A DNA stretch of 62,898 nt, the filler included, from Aduncisulcus paluster (Eukaryota): NCBI GenBank assembly GCA_024181965.1. It is 9 parts of 9 records of this genome, joined end to end, with 100 filler letters (N's around TTAATTAATTAA, not from the genome) between each part and the next. Parts side by side here need not be neighbours in the genome. Positions count along the whole stretch, not along the records: positions 35,048 to 48,863 come from BQXS01000084.1; 8 more parts are not named here. One strand, 5' to 3'. The notes beneath the pieces are model-generated. The model made no database searches and was not told the DNA's origin. It saw nothing but the letters and a program-made list of their open reading frames with translations. How positions within the stretch are numbered: the stretch's first letter is position 1; the number at the start of each line of letters is the position of its first letter. Positions 36,360 through 48,179 of the stretch are shown piece after piece. The translations under genes were made by a program, and so were the position numbers.

Positions 36360-37283
36360 TGTACCGTCTGCCAACTCTATTTCAATGTCGGCCTCTTCTT
36401 TTTCAATACCAGCGACATCTTCTATCAATTCTTTCCTGATAATGGAGACATCTGATCCAGTATCCAAAATAAATGAAGCTCGAATGCCTTCACTTTTCTC
36501 AGGGTCTGTCAAAATTGTTAGAAAATACTTATGAGCCTGTTTACTGGTATAAGAAGCCTTTGAACCAGCTCGAACAACAGGACTAGATTTCTTAGCTGAG
36601 TTAGACGGGCAAAATCTTGTGATGTGACCCAGCTCGTGGCACTTTCTGCACTCAACATGAGAGAATTTTGAAGTTCTATCAGGAGCATGACTGTGACGTC
36701 TTTTACCGCCAGTAGGTGTCACTAACTTCACTTCCAATCCAAAAGAACTCGGATATTTCAGTACTTCATCCCTGATAGCGACCATATCTTCAATTTCACC
36801 GAAGGCCACTTTCATAACATGGGGAAGGTCATCTTTCTTTTCTGCCGTGTCAATTTCCGACTTTACACGATCACAAAGTCTTGGGATCTTCAAACCTTCA
36901 ATAAACATGTCAGCAATAACCTGTTTGTCCCCGAACGCTTCATTTGCAGCTACCTCCTCCTGAAAACGAGCAGTGTAGGTAACAAGGGCGGATTGAGATA
37001 GTTTATACAGCTTCAGCTTCTTTAATTCGTCGTAAAATCCTTGAGTGCTAGAAACAGAAAACTTTTTTGTCACCTTTGCTTTAAAGCTCTCAGGCGTCTC
37101 ATCCGGTGTACATCCAGTCGTCAAATAAAGACTCTGTAATACGAATGGATCAATTAAGGTTCTAAAGTCAGCATCGCCTCCCCTTGCGACATAAATCGCG
37201 TAATCTCGGTGAAACTTTAACCATGAGTTTCGATCGAACTTAGTAAGAAATGGAGGTTGTAGAAGAGCCATTGATCCTTCCAT
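36357..37283 (-). mobile_element. Ty3/gypsy-like element A: gag-protease, truncated
   Basis: CCHC knuckle CRKCHELGHITRFC; aspartic protease ILDTGSDVSII...IELADGT. Confidence 0.85.
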
Positions 37284-37300
37284 CGCGAGAGTATTAATAC

Positions 37301-37590
37301 TGTAATGCGTATGCAATTTACTATAATAAATGAACATCAGATTTGTGGTCTAAAAATAGATCACATCATATTTCAGACTTCTAAAGATGATAGAATTTTG
37401 GACAAAAACGTTAGAATGCCGGTACATCTTTATAAAGCGATTGCGAAATATAGACTTTTTATGATATGGAGACATGTTATAATGTCGGTCCAATCGAAAG
37501 GTGAAAAGTCTGGACTTAACCACCCAACATGCCTCGGTGGCTCACCTTTCCTTGTACTACTAGCTATAAGACACGTAGCAATATTCAACA
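37301..37590 (-). repeat. putative 5' LTR of element A
   Basis: Minus strand TGTTG...TTACA, ending 17 nt before the gag ATG. No second LTR present to confirm the outer edge. Confidence 0.5.
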
Positions 37591-37693
37591 GCACTCAAAT
37601 ATGTGAATCTGAGTCATTTGTCAAGGAAATATCAAAAAGGCTTGATCATCAAGCCTTGATGAACAGGAGCAAGAACGTAAAAAGGTACAAGAT

Positions 37694-39919
37694 GTGGCCT
37701 CAATAGATCTTACCACCCGCACGCCTACTTTTCTAGAGTACACGATCATAACACCCATTGAATCCATGAAATATGTTGGTCTGGGCCACAGTACAATCAA
37801 AAAGAGTGGAGACCGTCTCCGTGACGGTCGCAAAGACTTGTCAGAGGGTGATAATGACGATGATAATGATAATGACGATATGCATAGAAGAGATGAATTA
37901 ATCTTCGATATATTTAGTGAGATGCTGGATAGAAACCCTATGTATCATCATTGTACTCCTCTTTCCCCCCCATTGACATGCGGCATTAAACCTTCCAACA
38001 CCGCTCCTACTACTACAACTGCTACCATTAAGACGACTATTACTACTAGTGATACTAGAACTGCCGCCACTACGAGTAGTACTGCTGATACATGCGATAT
38101 GACAACGGTCTTCACCGCAGATATGAAGGCTCTCCATTCTGCGGCACCTCTATCTCTTGCTGGTACTCTGTCTTCCTCTTCTTCTTCTTCTTCTTCGTCT
38201 TCTTCTGCCTCTACTTTATCATCTTCTTCTTCCTCCTCCTCCATGCCAAATTATATTGATGAGATATCTTGGGGAAGAGCAACAAAAGGTGGGGTAAAGG
38301 AAAATACGATATGTTATGGCATGACGAGCGTCTGCCATGGGTAATTGTACACAATCTCGTCGGAATGTTCAAGAGGAAACCTATCAAGATGAGAAATGGG
38401 AAAACTAGAGCAGCCCCGACTAGTAGCAAAGGAAGACTAACCCAGAAAATGCTACTAAAGATACTTGATAAGCTGGACCACATGTACGAGGTTAAATTTA
38501 AACACGTCAAAACGAAAAACCCCCTTGCATCTGCTAAAACAGTGCTCGCCCTGAGAATGGGAACAATGTTACTCCAATGCAAAGACATGCCTTATAACAC
38601 TGATTGTGGATGTCACACTATCCCGAATGATCAAGGAGTAAGTTATCCAATACACTCACAACTACAGCACTCAATGTTGGGCAATCAATCAGAGATAGTC
38701 AAAGAGGGTTCAAAAATTACATGCCAACCAGTAACGTCAACTTCTATAGCATCAGCTTCAGCCTCAGCTCTAGCTGTAACTCCAGCTCAGGATTGTGCGC
38801 CTACTCTGTCCTCAGATCATGCTATTTCGTCAGCATCAGCATCAGAATCCAATTCATCATCACGGCTCCCGTCTTACTCACCCCAAGAGCTGGCAGATCC
38901 ATTCAAATCAATGAGTGAATTTAGCCATAATGAAGGAATGACTTTATCACAAGCGATTAAAGCAGTCCGGAAGAAGATAGTTGTAAGGAAATTAAGGCGT
39001 AAGAGGGTAAGAGTACCCCGGACACCTGATACTGTAGCGCGCTTATCAACAACATCCCTTGATATACGCTCTCCAACTTCTCCAACTTCTCCAACTTGTC
39101 CACAAGCTCAAAAAAAGAAGAAGTTAATGATAAGAAGAAACCAATAGGTTACTTCCCTGACAGCTCTAATCAGACAATACATGAGAACCACAGCGAACGT
39201 CATGGAATGTCTGGAATGAATGTTTCTGAACTCGAAATTCCTGCCTGCAGTGCTGTCGAGGGCGCCCCAAGACATGAAAATGACGTTCTCAAGGTCTCCT
39301 TGACATGAGCGCCAGACTGAATGTTATTGTTGATAAGGTGAAATTGCATAAAGCTAATCCATCTACAACTCTGTCACTTACAGAAGAAGAAGTGCTGGAT
39401 ATGGTAGCTGCTGACATCTACATCCCCATAGACTGCCAAGTTCCACCTAGTGTTGAACAATGGAAAGGATTTGGACTAACACTTTCAGAACGTGTAAAGA
39501 ATATCACACAATCAGTTGTCTCTCCACCTAGAACTATGCAATCATCAAGAGAGGCGACGACTAACTCGGAAACCCCACTGTCCCCGCCCCCTCGTGCCCC
39601 TTCTATCCTGTCCATTCCAGAAAGTCCGGAAAATCCACGCTTGATTGAATCAATGGGATCTAGCTCTGAACCAGCAGCGCCGCTGCATGAGCATGAGAAA
39701 TCCCATAAACCCCCCAATCCTACTCCAAATCATGTCAAAACATCACCTCATCCAACTACTGCGATGCACGGCAGACAGCTTAAGAACCATCGTCCTTCTC
39801 CCATAGGTCATAAGGATACTCCGGACCCACTTGAGATACAAGACAGTCCAATAGTGTCATTCTCACCTTTAGTGACGTCTATTCCATCTTCGTCTCCATC
39901 AGTTTCAAAACAAATTTAA
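37694..39919 (+). pseudogene. string of fragmented Ser/Thr/Pro-rich ORFs of unknown origin
   Basis: Consecutive same-strand ORFs (37694, 38269, 39096, 39305) separated by frameshifts or stops; coding-like GC. Confidence 0.4.
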
Positions 39920-40274
39920 ACCTAGTGACACTAGGGCACCTGTTTCAAAAGGTGATGTGATTAAGAAGGAATCGNNNNNNNNNNNNNNNNNNNNGCGCCG
40001 CTGCATGAGCATGAGAAATCCCATAAACCCCCCAATCCTACTCCAAATCATGTCAAAACATCACCTCATCCAACTACTGCGATGCACGGCAGACAGCTTA
40101 AGAACCATCGTCCTTCTCCCATAGGTCATAAGGATACTCCGGACCCACTTGAGATACAAGACAGTCCAATAGTGTCATTCTCACCTTTAGTGACGTCTAT
40201 TCCATCTTCGTCTCCATCAGTTTCAAAACAAATTTAAACCTAGTGACACTAGGGCACCTGTTTCAAAAGGTGAT

Positions 40275-41440
40275 GTGATTAAGAAGGAATCGTATGTAAA
40301 AAAAGAAACACTTAAGGCTCTTTCTGTATCTTCGGGTGGATTACCTACGCTGGATGTTTCTGTGTGGGGTTCAAAAGGGGATGATTTTCTTAATACTATT
40401 GCCCTTTTGGATACCGGTTGTTCTCATTCTGTGATTTCAGACTCTTTATTGGCTAGACTCCAAGAGACACAACATATCTTCACAAAGCCTGAATATGCTG
40501 AGATACGATTGGCATCAGGAAAGATAGAATCCAAAAAGTCTGTATTACTTACGCTTAAGATAGACCAAGCAGCTTTTAAAGCCCCTCTGACATTTACTGA
40601 GGAGTTTTTAGTTATTAATATGGAACCAGAAACGCAACACAATTTGATTCTGAGTTACACGATTATTAATGAATTGAAGCTTATGGATCTATTGGAATTG
40701 GACTCTAAAGAGCCTAAATATGATGAAGATGATGAACCTGAAATAGAAGAAGATGAAGAAGAAGACCACCTGAACGAAGGTACGCTATTTTGTGAAAGCC
40801 CACTTTTGAGACCGGAAATTCAGCCGATACTTGAGGGCCTCAAGTCACTTGAGGATTATTGAAGAAAAGGAAAAGGGGTTTGAGCTTGGGGAAGCCAGAG
40901 TGGAAGAATTTCATATTACTCTGGAGGACGAATCTAAAACAATCCGCATTCCCCCTCGCTGATTGTCCTATGCGTTGAGGAAACAGGTTCAAGAGATAAT
41001 TGCGGATCTACTTGAACAGGGAAAGATTATTGAATCTCATAGCTCTTTTTCCAGTCCGATTGTAATGGATAAAAAGAAAGAAGGATCATGGAGATTATGT
41101 TATTGGCCTTCTGAACTATTTTCGAGAGTTCATCCCGAATTATTCTTTGTTGACTTCACCTATTACGTCACTAATTGATAAAACAATTAGTTTTGAATGG
41201 ACTGAGGAATGCCAACAATCATTCGATAAGATCAAGACCTGGCTGAAAGATAGTATAATACTAGCATATCCTGATCCTGAAGCTACTTTTATTCTCAAAA
41301 CTGATGCTTCTGATGTTGCTGTTGGAGGCGTATTGTCACAAATAATTGAAGGAAAAGAGAGATTTATTTCTTTCTCTTTTCAGAAGAAACTGACGAAACA
41401 ACAACAAAGATGGACGACCGGAGATAAGGAGTCTTTTTCG
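40275..41440 (+). mobile_element. Ty3/gypsy-like element B relic: protease, deleted RT, RNase H fragment
   Basis: LLDTGCSHSVIS; SSFSSPIVM.KKKEGSWRLC; FEWTEECQQSFDKIK; LKTDASDVAVGGVLSQ; stops and internal deletion. Confidence 0.85.
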
Positions 41441-42156
41441 GCGCGAGAGCACAAAAATCACATAAAATCAAAAAGATTAAAATAAAGAACAAATTTCACA
41501 TCACGCAGTACGATAATTGTCAATCATATCTCTTTATAATAGTTTTTTTTTTCATTTCCCTTTCTTATTCTAAGGGTGTTGACCATTTTCACAACATTTT
41601 TCAAGTCCTTCATTAAGAAGACATATTATACAATATATTTCAAGATATTTCTTTCGTTAGGATATAAACAAAAACATAACAAATAATTAACAAAACAAAG
41701 CAAAAAAATGTACTACATTTGTAAAAAAATGACCGATTCATACATTATAGAAGTTTTTATCGTCGTTCCCTATAGATCTAATGATTTATATAGTTGTTGT
41801 CCGATAAATTCTGAAATGTGGCGTTTTCTTGTTTTTCATTAGAGGAAATATATGAAATATTATGAATTTTGAATTAAGAATATAATTATAAGAATTTTTT
41901 AAGTGTTTTATTAAAATTTATAATGAGTTTACTCGAAAAATTAAGGAAAAGTGGTCTTAAGTAAGGAGATGATAATAGAAAGGAAGTTTTTAGAGGAGTT
42001 TATGGTTTAATAACCTCTTATTGCTCTTTTCCTTGTAAACGGAGGAGCCGAGGAGGGAGTAGGAAGTAACTTTAAACAAAACGTTACAAAATCACTCGAA
42101 AGGGAATAATTCAAGAAGAGGGAGTTCATAACAAGAAGAAAACACCAATTTGGCTC

Positions 42157-42388
42157 TGTTATATTCTAATGAATATAATATCTGAAAACTAACAACCATG
42201 TTGTGTTAGCTCAATGGGAAAGGCGCCATGCTTTGACGCCCAAGGTTATGGGTTCAAACGCCACCATATTTTTGTACTATTCGTGACCGTTGAGTCTGTG
42301 GCATATGGGACATTGCCGGATTATAATGATAGAGATTAGATTTAATAAATTGGCTTACGATATAGAGTACATTGCTCATAAGACTACA
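42157..42388 (+). repeat. putative 5' LTR of element C, containing a tRNA-like A/B-box segment
   Basis: TGTTA...CTACA; AATAAA near 42344; directly followed by GTATTAATACT as in element A. Outer edge inferred. Confidence 0.5.
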
Positions 42389-42459
42389 GTATTAATACTT
42401 ATAGGATTATAGCTTGCTATAATACATCAAATTTTTCGTAACCTTTTTATTCTAAAATC

Positions 42460-43542
42460 ATGTTAGCGTTGGAAGTTAAAACACCCGTATTAGGCAAATT
42501 ATCGAAGGATAATTGGCTCAAGTTCACTTCAAAACTTAAGACTTATCACAACCGCGGAAAAGAGTCTTGGGCAAGTTTAATTGAACCAAAAAGATTAGAG
42601 TCACTTAAAGCTCTATATTTGGATAACTGCGACGCCTTAGATAAAAAGAAGCGAGAAATTAAGAAGTCCTATGCCGACATGGCAGAAAAATGATAGTTTA
42701 GACGAAATTGTTATCGAACTCACCAGAATTGTCGCGAAAACCGAAAAGCTACAATTCGATCAATTATCAAAATCATTTGGGTCATCACCAAAAGATTTTA
42801 TTGATTCGGTTAAAGATTTGACTATGAGTGAAGATTCATGGACGCTGCACAACTTCACAGACTATGCGACGGAATTCTATTCAAGGATAGAAGAGACGGC
42901 AGTAACACTTCCGGATATCAAAAAGCGATTCTTAAAGGGTCTAAGGCCTATCAGATTCGCTGAAAGAGTGTCACTGGATCCGGATGTTGACAAGGCTGAA
43001 AACGATCGCTCTGGGATTAAAACCATAATGAGAAAAGGAAATGTTGTTTGGGCTAACATTCTGGAGACATTCGAGGAAGCAAAAGCCCTCGGAATGATCA
43101 AGGACGCTGAAAAGAAAAGTTCTGAACCCGTACAAAAGACGAAATCTGAAAAGCCGTGTCACGGAAAGAAGAAACAGGAAGGAAAGAAGGAAGCTGAAGA
43201 AAAGAAACCCAGAAAGAAGACACCTTACTGTGCTATTTGCAAGATGAAGGACCTGGACCTCAAAATGCAGGAAAATCAAAACAGTAAACTAGTGAATATC
43301 TGAAATCGAAATACTTTACACAAATAGACTTGAAAAGCGGATACCATAATGTGGCTATTGTAACGGATATAGATTTAAAAACTTATAACCTAAGCAAGTT
43401 TATTAGAAATATTAACATCCAATGGTTCTATAAATAGAACTGAGAACCATTACACTATCGAAGAAGACAGCAAAGATTTAACATCATTCGCAGTACCATG
43501 GGGAGTATACAGATGGAATGGAGTTCTTTCCGGCACTCCAGA
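42460..43542 (+). mobile_element. Ty3/gypsy-like element C relic: frameshifted gag plus RT fragment
   Basis: Gag N-terminus PVLGKLSKDNWLKF...Y..RG...W.SLIEP resembles element A. RT piece KYFTQIDLKSGYHNVAI|EEDSKDLTSFAVPWGVYRW at 43309-43542. Confidence 0.8.
43359..43454. mobile_element. 96-bp solo-LTR-like insertion with 4-bp TSD (CTAT)
   Basis: TGTAA...TTACA termini; CTAT at 43355-43358 and 43455-43458; removing it restores the RT frame. Confidence 0.85.
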
Positions 43543-46500
43543 TGTAATACTGACTCTTATCCTAATTCCTTAACCTGATATCTTATATCGAAAAACCATA
43601 TATACATTTATTCTCCCGCTAGCAATTCTGTCCGCCGATGCTTGCTCATCTGGAGGAGCTTGTACTTCTTCCTTTGACTCTTCTTGTTCTTCCTTCTTGT
43701 CCTCCATTTCTTCTTCATTTCTGATCGTTTTGGCCTTATGTCTTCTTGGTGGCATGTAGATTTTGTGAGCGTTAGAATTAATGTGAACAGTCTTAAAGAG
43801 TATTCTTTAGAAAATTTGAATGATTTTTTTCTAAGATATGAAGCGTACGCCACGGATAAGACCGTGAAGAAACCAGCGTATTGGTTTAAGTTAATTGACG
43901 CTCCTTTACGTGTTGCTTTATTGGATGTGACCGGAACGAAGAAAGTTAGGACTGATGAGGAAGCTAAAAAGTTTAAGAAAGATCTTTTCTCACTGCAAGG
44001 CCCTCACCAGTGACGACCAGGTCGTCACCGGTCGTCACCTTCATCGAAATTTTGATTTGAGTCGTCACCGGTCGTCACCTTGCCCCATTTTCATCGTAAA
44101 ATCAAGTCACATTTTCATCTGATTTTCATCACATTTTGGACTTGATCCATGAAAATACTCATTCCTTGTGTTATCACATATCCTCCAAATCTTCTTTAAC
44201 ATCTGATCATGCATTTTTATTGGCAATGGGAATGTATAATTCTGAATAATAGTAAAATTAAAACAAAAAAAAACATATTTTACTGAAATTTGATGGTTTT
44301 CAAGGGAGGTCGTCACCGGTCGTCACCTTGGACATTTTTGGGTCGTCACTGGTGAGGGCCTTGTCTCACTGGATGCTCCTGCTACGTCCTATGATTTGCA
44401 CACCGAACTTTTTACAGTGGTTATGGAGAAGTCATTGTCAGTGACATCATTTATTAAGTATGTCACCAACTTTAAAAGAATTGTAAGTCAGGCACAGGAC
44501 ACTAAAACAACTGTAGCACCCGAAGAAAAGCCTAGACAAGACAACCCTTATAGGAAGCGAAAACGATGCCCGTATTGCCATAAATACGGACATGGAATTA
44601 GGGACTGCCGTAAGAAGAAGGAAGCAGATGCTAAGAAAGGACAAGTTAAAAGTATACGTACGATAGCTGAAACGAAAGTTCAAGATAGCTGCGAGGTGGA
44701 ATTAACATTAAAAGATAATCAATTACCAAAGGTAATGTGTCTCCTGGATACAGGAGCTTCGGTTTCATGTATTATGAAGGCGTTCTTGCAGCAAAACAAG
44801 AATATTTGGGATCAGCGAAATCAAGTCCCAGTTCCATACGTTTTGGCCGATGGAACTAAACGTAAATCATTGGGATCTATAACCTTAAATTTTAAATTAA
44901 GGAAGCCAGAAGGTAATTTATTGGAAGATATGGAGAATTTTATGATCATTGATGATCAGGCTGATACAGAGGATATGGTTATCCTTGGAGCAAGATGATC
45001 CATAAACATGCGCTTTTTGAACGTGAATCAAGTATGTGGGGCCATCAGAGAGATGAGGAAGAGGATGTGGAAATCATAGATGACGATGTTTTGAAGAAAG
45101 CTATCTTTGATGAAAAAAGTTTATCTTCGACGAAAAAAGCTTAAAAGTAGCACCTGAATTGAGGGAAGAAGTCGTGAGACTCCTAAAGGAGTACTGGTCA
45201 ACTGTTAACGTTGAACTGGCAGCGAAAGTACCTCCCCTAAAATTGACATTGGTAGATGAATCGAAGATCTCACATCAAAACCCACGTCCCATCCCACATA
45301 AAAGGAAGGAGTTTGTGGAAGAACACCTGGAGGAGCTTTTGAGCAAGGGGTTCATAAAGATTTCAGAGAGCCCAATTGCAGCTCCCATTCATGTAGTTCC
45401 AAAAGGAAAAGATGGCTGCCGCATGGTAATATACTATAGAGGTCTAAATAATAATCTTGTCGGAGATTCTTTTCCGTTGCCTCGAACGGATGACCTATTT
45501 CTAAATTTGCAAGGTCACCAGTATTATGCGGCATTAGACCTGAGAAATGGTTATTATAATGTTCCGATGGCAAAAGAAAGTAGCCATATTACTGCGTTTT
45601 GTACACTTACAGGCTTATATGAATGAACACGAGTTCCATTTAGGTTAAATACGGCGCCGGCACATTTTCAAAGAAGTATGGCGTTAGTATTGGGCGATTT
45701 AAGAACCAAAGGATGCTTAACGTACCTTGATGATGTGCTGATTGTGGGTAAAACACGCAAAGAATTTATTGAAAGATTATCTGAAGTTATAAAAAGGTTT
45801 AAAGATCATAACTTCATCTTTATGGATAAATCCATATTTGCTGCAAAGGAAATCCGATATTTGGGTTTCCAGTTTACAAAGGAAGGGAAGCAAATCACTG
45901 CTGAAAGACAGCAGGCGATTGATTCTATTGCTTTACCTGAAAACAAAAGGGCCTTGAGACGATTTTTGGGAATTATAAACTATGTAAAGGACTTTATTCC
46001 GAATTTAAGCGTTGAGGCTTCTCCTTTGTATGAGATGTTGAAAAATAAGACTTCAGCACTCCAGTGGTCACAAGAACAGAGAAAAGCATTCTTTCATAAA
46101 AGATTTGATTAATAATTCAACTTCCCTGTCCTTGTTTGACCCGGCGGCACCCTTAGCATTATTTACCGATGCATCATGTGTCGGTATCGGTGCTGTCCTG
46201 AAACAGCAAATTCAAGGCGTTTGGTATCCTGTACAGTATATTTCTAAGAAGTTTTCGGCTGTACAAAGACGTTGGTCCACGTTGGAACAAGAGGCCTATG
46301 GCATTGTTTATGCAGTAAGTACGCTCAGACAGTTTCTGTTAGACAAACATTTCGTCATTAATACGGATCATCGAAACTTACTGTATATGCAAAAGAATCT
46401 CATTAACGGGACTGAATCCTTTAGAAAATTTGGATAGACCTACAGAATTGGATTTGACTAGGTTTAAAGGAACCCCAACAAGCCGTGAAGCAAGGGATTA

Positions 46501-46891
46501 TGTATTGGAGTTGACGGATCAGTTAAAATCGAGGCACGAATTTGTTAGAAAACACTGGGAAGAGAAGGTTAGGAAAAAGGAAAAGGATCTGAAGGAAGGT
46601 ATTCCGGTCGAAAAGGGCGACTTTGCGTGGTTAAGTCCGCTAATGAAAGACAAGCGAAAAGAATCTCTGAAGTTTCGAGGGCCTGTGTTGATTAAGGAAA
46701 TTATCTCACCGTCATTAGCAAGGATAATGTACCTTAATAACAATTATTATGAAGACATGCCCATGTCGAGACTCAAAAGAGTGGAAGGAGAGGTTAACTT
46801 GCAAATTGCCACCGATATGGCAACTCGAGATCAAGATAAATATGAAGTTGAAGCAGTAATAGACTGTAGACGAGATGAAGAGGGAGATTGG
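43543..46891 (+). mobile_element. Ty3/gypsy-like element D (chromovirus-like), degenerate: gag-PR-RT-RH, integrase core deleted, chromodomain start
   Basis: CPYCHKYGHGIRDC; LLDTGAS; LDLRNGYY; YLDD at 45723-45734; FTDAS; TDHRNL; KFRGP (GPY/F-like); YEVEAVID. 5' edge TGTAATAC at 43543 is inferred. Confidence 0.88.
43996..44363. mobile_element. 368-bp MITE with perfect 23-bp TIRs and 8-bp TSD (hAT- or P-type)
   Basis: TIR CAAGGCCCTCACCAGTGACGACC; TSD TCTCACTG at 43988-43995 and 44364-44371; subterminal GGTCGTCACC repeats; excision restores gag (…DLFSL|DAPATS…). Confidence 0.95.
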
Positions 46892-48179
46892 CACAAAGCT
46901 ACTAGCTTCCATTAGTAATGGAAACCTCAAACCTTCTAGTGTCACAGCAATAGTAAATTTGTTAACGGTATATAACTTTTATTATTATTTTACCACAATT
47001 TATCAATTCTTAAAAGAATAATGGAAGAATTAGAGGAAACAGAGCTTGTTTTTCGCGAGGATCGAGCCCCATTTCTAGACTCAGCAACGGCAGAGAAATG
47101 GCGAGTTTTGTGGGAAGCTGGGGCAATCGGAAAACACATTAAAATGCGCCAAAACAAATTTACGTACCACCAAACGACAAGATGGGCGCCAGACGAGCTC
47201 GAAAGAGGGCTCACTAGATTACAATCTAAAACTACTCCAGAACAGATATTACGACACCAATAGACACCTTAAATATTCTTCTCAAGAAACTATAATAAGA
47301 CAAAAGCACAAAGCAAGGGTAGAAGAGCCCGGAAGAGAAGTCCATCGAAAGGCAATGGGAATCAAAAACAAAACAAACAAGATTAACGACTTTGAAGCTC
47401 AAATACACACTGGAACACAAGTAGCACAGTCACAGCTTGTATATAATATCGCGTAAGGGCACAAGAGCCCGGGAGGTACATGCAGCATCGCTGGTTTTCC
47501 TCCTTGAAAGAACAACAAGATTTACGCAGCATAAACAACGGTTATAAGATCGTAATATACCAAGCCTAATAATTTGGTATCAATTATAATTCCGAAAAGA
47601 ACATCTAGAACGAAAAAGGCGAAAATTGGACGAAAATAAATAGGCTACTACGGATCAGACATCTTACAAGCATATCGCCTCTACATCGCCCAGGAATGAT
47701 TCCAGGATCTGGATTACTGAATATAATAAAAGTATCGTAGCTGGCCCAGATCTAGGTGGTAATCTTTCTCACAAGCCAGGAAAGGAATTATAATGATTTT
47801 ATATGAAAATTTAAAATACTATTTTGATTATTATATTATAATCGGTTCTATTTCGGTTTTGAAACAGGTTTTCCAGTTTCACGGGATGGAACTAGGTTTT
47901 GTGCTTTTTTAGCTTTTGTCGAGAGCTAAGTTCGTCCAAATATATATTTTATTATTATGCCTACTAATGAAATTGAAAAATCGTCAGAAGAATATTCGAG
48001 CTTGTCCGCACAACAACAAACCGTCCCGCTCCAATTGGAACCATGTCACAGCCCAGCGGCACAGAAGAATCTCAGTTATCAGAGATACAAAAACTCCGAG
48101 CAGAACTTGCCTTACTCAGACAAGAAACACAGAGGAGAAACGAGAGGGAGAAGCGACGGGAGTGTTCCAGCCGAGGATG

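Noticed and set aside
42196-42273. Functional tRNA gene
   Set aside because: Acceptor and anticodon stems do not pair; kept only as a tRNA-like promoter relic.
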